Part shown: in pieces, positions 54,946-64,000 of the stretch
Layout: every line of letters begins with the position of its first letter
How positions within the stretch are numbered: the stretch's first letter is position 1
The notes under the pieces: model-generated
What the model saw: the letters and a program-made list of their open reading frames with translations, nothing else
Databases searched by the model: none
What the model was told of the DNA's origin: nothing
DNA from: Antedon mediterranea
Taxonomy: Eukaryota > Animalia > Echinodermata
Assembly (NCBI RefSeq): GCF_964355755.1
Contig: NC_092673.1
Coordinates: 30,749,648 to 30,813,647, forward strand
Direction of reading: 5' to 3'
DNA: 64,000 nt
Position numbers and translations under genes: made by a program

Positions 54946-55563
54946 CCGACCCACACCCATTCCCTACAATTTGTGACGCTTTGTAAAAATAATGCATATA
55001 TATTATTTAAAAACATTAAACCAGGTCATCCTTGTCTATGGTAAATTATGATAAAAGACAAGAAACAATTATGCACTACCAAGTAGCTCGGGGTGAATGT
55101 CCTCTCGTTGGCCGTCTTTAGACCTAGCCTATTAGCTAGGCAAATTTTGTAGGCCTATCTGGTAAACATCGGTAACGTGAACATCGTACGCGAGCTAATA
55201 GGCCTGCTTCACGTTGTACAGTTGCTGCATTAGTTATCTTTCTATTTTTGACAGTTTTCGTTGATACAAATTTGGGGGAACCAAGTATTTTCACTGAAAA
55301 GTTAGGAGTCTGCTATTTGTTTTGTCCTCACGATCGATCGAAAAGTTGGTGAATTACAGAAGAAAACAAAAATATCAATCCGCGCGCAATGCATGTTGGA
55401 TTTATAGCGGGCCACTAAAATGATTAGAATCGCTTTATTTTTCACATTTTTAACCATTTAAAGACAAAAAAAATTATCTAAATAGGACCATATAGTATTT
55501 ATTTTTACATTAATATAGTTTGTGACCTTAAATTAGATCTAAAAAACGCAGGGAATGGGTCTT
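54946..55563. mobile_element. MITE inserted at the TTAA of exon A in copy 6
   Basis: acccattccct...agggaatgggtct-ttaa interrupts aaacttaaaagctgatctc; left end degenerate. Confidence 0.65.
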
Positions 55564-55877
55564 TAAAAGCTGATCTCAGCAGATTCTATGAAGGTGAACG
55601 ATATATTTGGTTTACGATTATGTTTATTCGATCTCTTAAGTGTGGGTGATGTTACAAATCCAGATTCTAATTGAAACGGTTTATTCAATGCGCTTGAAAA
55701 CAAAGGTTTAATCACACCTATTAATGTTAACATTCTTTTAGAGATAACGAAGCTAACAGAAATGAGGGGGGCTGAGTATATTGTGGCAGGATATATATAG
55801 GCCTAAATGACAACAAAGTTGGTGAAAAAAAGTTGTCCTCTTTCACGAAGCGACTTTTCAAAGCCATGAGACAAGTT

Positions 55878-57878
55878 TTTTTTTTCTCTTTTGTGGCGTG
55901 AACCACCACCTTTATTCTTTCATATCATAATTAAATACATTACAAATAAATCAGTAATATCTTTATATTTTTCTGCTCAAAAAAAAAATATCAGTAATTT
56001 TTGTAAATTTTAGTTTTTCACATATTGTTTCCAATATTATCCTCCTGTTTTCATGGTTTCTTATATTTATTCACATTGTACACAGACACCCACAAATACA
56101 TTAAATATATACATATACATACCGTATTGTTTCATACCCTGTTAATTCATACCATTTATATACATCTTATAGACATTATATACAAAGATATAAAACAACG
56201 TTTAAAAAAAAAATAAATACATTAATCAAGATATATATAATTTTCATAAAAATTTATTAGGTACCGGTAACTCTTTTAACATTATATGAGCGTTAGTTTG
56301 TTCAGATCCTTAACAATAGACTTAAATACAATCCAAGAGTTTTTACACACTGGTTTGTTTAATTCAGTTAAAATCTTAATGTTATATATTGAGAAGACAG
56401 CAATTGAATATAAGTCATTTTTGTATTCACAATCAGACCCTAAAAGAAGTTCTCTAAAAGAGCTTCTGCCATTGTCAATATTTTTAAAAATGTTATCTAT
56501 ATTTTTCCATAAAGTTTCGTATGCATTCAAAAAACATGTGTTTTTCGTCTTCAATTACCCCACATAAGTCACATACATTATTCATTTTCACATTCCACTT
56601 ATGAAGCCTTTGATTAGTCGGAACAATTTTGTTCAACAGCTTGTAATTTAGTTGTGCATATTTTTTTTTTTTTTTTCATTTTTCACTTTTTTTTATCCAA
56701 ACGTCACTCCAATTTATTTTTGAGTGTTAAAGGCCATATTCCATTTGCCCATTACATGCGGATAAATAAATTTTTCTTTAATAAAGCACGAATATATAAG
56801 TTTTGTTTCCAGCATATAGGCGTCATTAGTTATGATGCTCTCATCTTTTATATTTGTAGGCACGTTCTTGTAATTTTTAATTATATTAATCCAATCTTTT
56901 GGAATAGCATCAACTAAGGAAGCATATTCCATGAGCCAGTTTATTTTATTAGGTAGTGTTTCAAGGATTTCATTAGATGTTTTCAAACGGTTAAAATTAA
57001 TTATATCAATATTTTTTAAAATTCTGAATCAAACCAATTTTTATAAAACAAAGACCTTTTTTTGTACACAATATATTTGTTTCTCCACAAACTTTGATTA
57101 ACAACTTCTTCATAAGTATTGATTTCATGGCAGCAGTTTTCGTTAAATTCAGTACAACATTGTATCACTTTTAAATAAAAAGGAGGAATGTTTTTCAAAG
57201 TAATGCAATTTACCAGGTTAATATTTGACATACTAAAGATCAATCTTTAATTTCCAAACTTATTTATATAATATGTTGGTAATAGCTTCCATCTCACATG
57301 CTTTCTACATATTAATTTTCTCGCCCATGCAACCTTGAGCGCTTTGACCTGTAATGCAAAATCCGGCATTTATTATTAATACCTCCATCTTTTAGCTTGC
57401 CAATTAATGTCTTTCTTTGAATTTTTTCCCCTTTTCCATTCCATAGGAAATCGTATGTCAGTTTATTCACCCGTAAAACAACATAATTTGGTACATCAAT
57501 AATAGAGGCGTTATAAATTAGTTTAGATAAACCAAGACTCTTTAAAATTGTAACTTTTCCAAAATATGTAAGGCTTCTACCTTTCCACGTGTTGAGTAGT
57601 CTTTCTAAACTTAACAATTTATTAGCCCAGTTTAGTTCTTGACATTCATCCTTTTTTGTAACCTACATATATTCCTAAAATTTTAATGGGTTTTTTAACC
57701 CAATTTCAGTTACATGGTTTTTCGATTTTATTTATATTTCTACCAATCCACATGGCATTTGTTTTTCTTTTGTTAAGGCTCATACCTGATACTTTTACAA
57801 AAGTTGGTAACAATATTTAAACCTATCTCAATACTATCCTCATTCCCAGTAAAGATAACTGTGTCGTCCGCTAATTGG
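55878..57878 (-). mobile_element. 5'-truncated L1/Tx1-type LINE inserted in exon A of copy 6
   Basis: Starts at QLADDTVIF; WKGRSLTYFGKVTILKSL, IPPFY, DAIPKDW; poly(T) on +; 15-bp TSD gccatgagacaagtt at 55863-55877 and 57879-57893. Confidence 0.92.
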
Positions 57879-60800
57879 GCCATGAGACAAGTTCACTCAG
57901 ATGAATTGAGAGATCTTATCGCTTACTACAAACTAACTCATTTTAACTTCCAAAATGTTTGGGACGTGGTTCTGAAACTGGAGATTGATGCAGTTGTAAG
58001 AAAATGAACCCGACAACATAAAATATTCGCAAGTGGTCTTGCGCCAATAGTAAAATAAATTCTACCTAATAATGGTATGTATTATATTCTTCTATCTTTT
58101 AATAAATTATTTTGAAATATTTTACTCGAAATACAAATGTATGATTATTACAGTAACAATCATTTTCGTCCTTCTCTTCAACAGTATACCTTAGATCTCT
58201 CTGACGATGATTAATCAGTTAATTGTGGAATTTGCAAGATGGTATGATACACATTGGACACTTTAACAAGCTACAAGTTCTTTTTATAGAAACTGTTGGC
58301 GACGTTTATGCAATGGAAACAATTAAATATTTTGAATTGAACTGGCTAGCTGAGTTAATTCGACTTGGGCTATTGAGTCTAACGAATCTTACTGTCTTGT
58401 TTATATGAAACAATCAACATAACTAAAATTGGGTTTCAGTCGGAAATCGAAGAAAGAAAGACATCAGGGAACGTGAGGTAGTATCATTTTCACAACACAC
58501 AATAAATATTTTTAACCTGGAAAAATCACTTAGTGACTCCGATGTAACAACTCTGAATGGACAATACAACTTTCCTAAACCTAAGAAGTACATCGACAGC
58601 TGGAGTTTGATTTTGGATTTTGCGGAGACAAAATTGAATCGGTTTGGAAAATAATAACGATAACGATCGACGATAACTAGATAAACACACATTTTTCATA
58701 CATAAACATACATTATGCTGTTTTTGATAACAATAATATTTTTTTTATTCCAATCAAATGACGTCATGATCAATAAAAACAATAAAAACTTTGTACTTTT
58801 ACGATTTTTTTGCGTAATTTGATTGGACGTGGGAAATATTATTTTCATGAAAGAAATCATAGATGGTAATCCTATGCGATAAAATCTTTTTTTGATTTCT
58901 TTTGTTTTATGTATGAGAAATGTGTGTTTATCGATCGTTAGTGTAAATGGGCCTTTGTACTTTGAGTTTAACCTTAGTTTAATCATTATAGTATGTAACC
59001 GTGTGAACTATTACTAATGATCATTGACGGTAATGAGAATAAGCTACATTGAAAGCCTTTGACGATTCTTTTAGTTAAGCAAAAATGAACCGCCTCTCTT
59101 AATTTATTCATTAATTCATTCAAATCCTTGGCAATGCTTTCTCTTCGATGTAACCTTCTTGAGTTTAACTTATTTTTCATTGTGTTCTAACTTTTGTTTT
59201 AAATTTAATTAAAACAAATTATTATAGACATAGTGAATTTATTAAACGTTTGTCCCAGCTTTTTATATTTCTTCATTTTATATGAGGGTAGCTTGCTCAT
59301 TTAAGTTGCGGCGATCGATAAAGTTTGCTTAAGCTGCCCCAGCCCAGCTTTTTTCATCTATTTATTATAATTGTATTGTATGTTATTGTATTTTTATTAT
59401 GTTGATCAAATGAATAAACGAAACAAAACAAGGTCATAATTCATAAATATATCAATAGGCCTAACCAGTAGTATGCAGTACTTTAGATATAAAAATGATA
59501 TGTTTGATAACTTGAATAAATCTATTCTAAACCATTGTTATATTCTTGTTCAATTGTATGTATATTTTAACTGAGGAATAGCAAACTCGCGATCATACCT
59601 TAATATTACAACCTTTATCACCGAATTCCCCACATTTCCGATATTTACAAACAAGAAACTCCCATCAAAGTTTTCAGTCTGATTGATTCAAACAACCACT
59701 ATCACATATCTTAGCCAACTTTGCAAACGGTTTTGAATCTCTAAATTAAATTCGATAAAACTATCTATTATATATGTATATGTAATACCGAGCCTTTCTC
59801 TGAACCACTACCTTCCCTTAATATACAGTCATGGAAGAACTACATGGTACAATTCAAATAGTGTCTGACAGATCATATGTATAATGGAAGGCATGTATAT
59901 AAAATATGTATTAAAACATACAAAATAGGCCTGTAATTGTGTATAAACTTATTTCAACTTAATGATGCGTGTATTTTGAATGGCTTTGCAACATGCTGTA
60001 GTTCTGAAATCATATTTGTGTAATTTAAATCCGCAAGGTAATCAACAATTAGGCCTACTATACTGAAAATTGTCTATGACATTACACTGGGAATTTTAGT
60101 GTAGGCCTACAACAACAACTTCAATTTTACTTACAGTATAATAGATGTCGGAGGCTTTATTGTTAAGATTCAGTTCCGTCAGTAATTCAACCATAACTTA
60201 TTCAGTTTGTCAACCTTGTCAACACAATGTATTTTAGGCCTACCTTCATTGTATTACAATGGTTGTTTATGGATCGAACAACCCTAAAGCGATAATCTAT
60301 ATATAAATTATGGTTAATTCTGACATAGGCGAGCACAATGCAAAAACTTCGGTACTAATCTCCGCCTTGGATACCTACCTTATGTATCTCAGATGTACCG
60401 AGAAACGTAGATTTGATAACATTAATTTTCAGTACTACGCTATTGTCCCATATTTCTATCTTAGGAAAATATAATAAATGGTTTTATAACAACATTTTTG
60501 ATTTCATCAGTATATTTTAAATTCAATTTCAATTGTACGCGGGTCGAAGTAATTTCCGGGTTCACGATAAGTTCACATGTTCACCTTGCAACTTCCTGGT
60601 TTCAACTAAGTTGGCCGTTAGTGGCTATATAGCCATTTTAGTTTTTTGTTTATTTTCGGATCGGACCGCGCGTGTGTTAAAACATAACAATTATACTGCA
60701 AATTAATAAAGATCAAATTAAATATACGCCATAAAGCATCGGAATATATTGTAGGGAATAGTATTATAAAATTACATAGGGAGATCTGATGATAGGACAT

Positions 60801-61507
60801 TTTTTTTAAAATCGAGTGAAATCCCGATAGCCGAGTTTTATTGAGTAAGCTGGCAGGAATAACTGTAGGCTATCTGTGTCCCGTTAGGACCGGGATGTCT
60901 GCCCATCTTGCAAGCCGTCTACAACGTTTTCTTGCCGAGGATGTTAGTTTCAAAAGATGTTTAAATTAAATAATGTATTCATTATTAGGATGACATTTAT
61001 TTTAATAAACGCCTCCCCAATAAAACATCACTTTGAATAATAATCGCTCCCCCCCCCCTCCCACCCCAATTAATATTATTATTAATTATTATTAATACAA
61101 TAATTATAATTATTCAACGAACTGTTGCAACAGAGAGAATACGCCATTTTGTTTGTTGAACTAGTGCATTCGTAATATTATTTACAAACAAAACGCAAAC
61201 TATTGATGTAAAACCGACGTAGATTTAGCAGACAAAATAAAAAGGGTGGCTGGTCTGCTTGAAAAGGAAAAGTAACATACTATACTTGCTAATGGTACGT
61301 AAGATTATATTTATCTTGAAAGATTATTTCAAATGCAAATACACTCATAGGCATTTTTTATTTATTTTTATTTCCTCTTAAACCACAATTTCCAAAAAAT
61401 AGCAATATTATTTATTACCAAAGACTAATTAACATTGGTGTATCTTTAGATTATAACGACATAATTTACGTAGTTTAGTATATTATGTATTTGCTGATTA
61501 TTTATAG

Positions 61508-62287
61508 GCAATGGGAAGAACGAAAATGAAGCTGCTACATCGAGTCAACAATGCGAACAAAGTGACAGTAAGTAGCTGCCTACTTTTATATTTAAAAGTA
61601 TTAATTGTATGACTTTAAAAAGTAGGGTGAATGTTTAAAACAGTTTGTCAACAGAGGCCAAAAAAAAAGAGTAAAGTAATACTACTTTTACAACAAAAAA
61701 AAGCATAGAAGACCCAAGTATGAAGAGAAGCATGTGATAATGATTACTGTTATGATGTTGTTGATGTTTATATTACGCTAAAGAAATTAGAATAGAACTA
61801 CAAACTTATAATGTTGAGAGTGTTAGTTTGCCGTAATTATTTCAAAGCCATTAGTTTTTGAGTAGAAAACTGTTTAAAGAATTATATGTAGGCCTATACT
61901 GTGTATTTCATAATGACAATATTACAACAATCACAGTGTCAACAATAACAAAGAGAACATGCTAAATGTATTGTATTAATGGTAACAAACCTTTCTTTTG
62001 TACAGATTTCTCTAATGACACAGTTGCAGCAACTAAACTATTTGGCTTTCAATCGGCCATTAAAGAGAAGCTTCCTGCTTTCAATAACATCAAGAACCGA
62101 AAGGTAGAATTATTTTCACCCCACAGATTAAATATTTTTAATCTCGGAAAAATCTTAGTGATTCAGAAATCGAAACTCTTGATTGACGGTACAACTTTCC
62201 TGTCCTTTCCTGTATACAGACAGCTGGAGTTTGATTTTGGATTTTGAACATCGAAAATTGCTGAGTAAAGACAAAATCGAGAATTGA
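61508..62287 (+). pseudogene. Tandem-DED gene copy 7 remnant: micro-exon 61508-61567 and internally deleted exon B 62006-62287; no exon A
   Basis: GNGKNENEAATSSQQCEQSD micro-exon; DFSND joined directly to TVAATKLFGFQS; frameshifts. Confidence 0.8.
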
Positions 62288-62944
62288 CTTTGTGGTGTTA
62301 TTCCACTATTAAAATAATCTATATAGTCAAACTATGTATAAAAAGTGGAATTCATTGTCCAATGAAGATAAATGATGACGTGTATAAACATATAGTTTGA
62401 ATTAATAATCTATCCTTTGGTAATGTCCAGTTAAACCATATGTTAATCTATGGTTATTTTTTGTCGTTTTGACGTTCCATCTTCTGCAAATAATAAAAAA
62501 TACAATATAAAATATTAGTGCACAGTTCTTTAGAATTAGATATCAACTCAACTTGTTTTCTGAAAGTTTGAGTTGATTAATAATTACTTTGTAGCTTTTT
62601 ATTGGTTTTTACAGATTATTCCATTTTTTATTTTGTGTTTATCAACCAAATCATAGCAAAATATGTAATTAAACTAATGATTGTCAGCGGATAAACTTGT
62701 ACGACTAGTTTTAGTAGTTTTTACAAGCTATGGATTGTTTGCCTTTGTCTATTATTAACGCACCACTTGTGTCCTAATAACATCTGACGAATCAAACCAT
62801 ATTCAATATCTATTCATTCATATGCTAATTAGATGAACAAGATTGTCGCCATTTTTAGGGTGTGCCAAACATACCTGTTTGATTGCGTTGAAAGGACCAT
62901 ACATACAACTAAAAGGTAACGCATTTCTTATTTAATCACGGAAA

Positions 62945-64000
62945 ATGGCAGCTAGAATGTTCAAAAAACTAAAATCTGATCTTGGTAGATGTTATGAAGG
63001 TCAAAATTACCTTCGACTAAGATGTATTTTATTTGATCACTTGGAAATCGGTGAAATTACGAATCCAGATTCCATTGGAAACGACTTATTTAATGCCCTC
63101 GAAGACAAAGGGTACATCAAACCAACTAATGTTGACTTTCTACTAGAGATTTCGAAACTGTCAGGAGTAAAGGGAACTGAAAATCTTGTAAGGCGGTATA
63201 TGAAGGACAACAACGTTCAGAATACGACGGATGATCCACAGTTGTCACAATATCGACAGAGACTGTTTAAGGTTCTATTAGGAGTTAACCCAAGTGCATT
63301 TAAAGCTCTTGTTGCTAACTACGGCCTGAGACAACACAACTTTGGAAGTGTCTGGGATGTAGTTCTTAAACTTGAAATCGACATGGACTTAGAAGATGAT
63401 CGAGAGAAAATAGAAACGTTCGCTGATTGTCTTGGGAAAAGAGCAAGGAAAACACTAGGCCTCTCTGTTGATGGTATGTATTTCAATACAATCTTCAATC
63501 TTCATCTCTAACTAATTGATACATAATGTAATTTCGTCCTGTTTTGTTACTACTACTACAGTACTATTAATACTACTACTACTAATATACATACTAGTAA
63601 TGCTGAATTTTTAAATAGTTTAAACGGTTGTTATTATAATATATCATAATGATGTATTGTTGTTGTTAAATGTATTACTGATTACTTTGTAGGCAATAGT
63701 GAGAATGAAGGCGCAACATCGAGTCAAGAACGCAAACCAAGTGAAGGTAAATTACTTAAATTTAAATACTAAAAGAATGATTAAGCCTAAAGAGAAAATT
63801 ATGGCAAATCAGGGAAAGAACTATTATTGTAAAGAAGAAAATGATGAATAAGATTATGATAATGATGATGCTTAATATTAACGTGATTTTCTTTAACCGT
63901 ATAGATATCTCGAAGGATGATTTTCTACAGTTAATAACAGACTTCGCACAATGGTACGATAAAAAAAATCTTCTGGACAGGCTACAAGTTCTATTCATAG
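62945..64000 (+). CDS. Tandem-DED gene copy 8, intact as far as visible; exons 62945-63473, 63693-63746, 63905->64000
   Basis: Open frame, phase-1 GT-AG introns, micro-exon GNSENEGATSSQERKPSE, exon B DISKDDFLQLITDFAQWYD... Confidence 0.85.

Larger units (their letters stand above)
54911..58655 (+). pseudogene. Tandem-DED gene copy 6 (closest to copy 1): exon A split by two insertions, micro-exon absent, exon B 58195-58655 degenerate
   Basis: Exon A pieces at 54911-54945, 55564-55877 and 57894-58074 match 1912-2430; stops and frameshifts. Confidence 0.9.

Noticed and set aside
59100-59430. Possible LINE 3' UTR remnant
   Set aside because: A tail-like aataaa(cgaaa) is present, but there is no recognisable coding motif or TSD.

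Overview
AT-rich, intron-containing animal genomic DNA, probably a marine invertebrate deuterostome such as an echinoderm (inferred from the repeat types; not provable here). The main feature is a + strand tandem array of about 8 copies of one spliced gene: short first exon, exon A (two death-effector-domain-like units), acidic micro-exon, exon B (two more DED-like units). It encodes ~360-385 aa DED-only proteins with no caspase, NACHT or TIR domain. Copies 2 and 3 are intact, copy 8 is intact up to the window edge, copy 1 is a two-DED truncation, and four copies are pseudogenes or fragments. Between the copies lie a near-complete DIRS retrotransposon with its pre-insertion site still present in a paralogous segment, LINE fragments (one with a 2A peptide), a Deu/Nin-type tRNA SINE, many non-autonomous DNA transposons with readable target-site duplications (TSDs), tiny P-like hairpin insertions, and a 5-exon OB-fold pseudogene on the minus strand. 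All domain and family calls come from reading motifs by eye, not from database searches.
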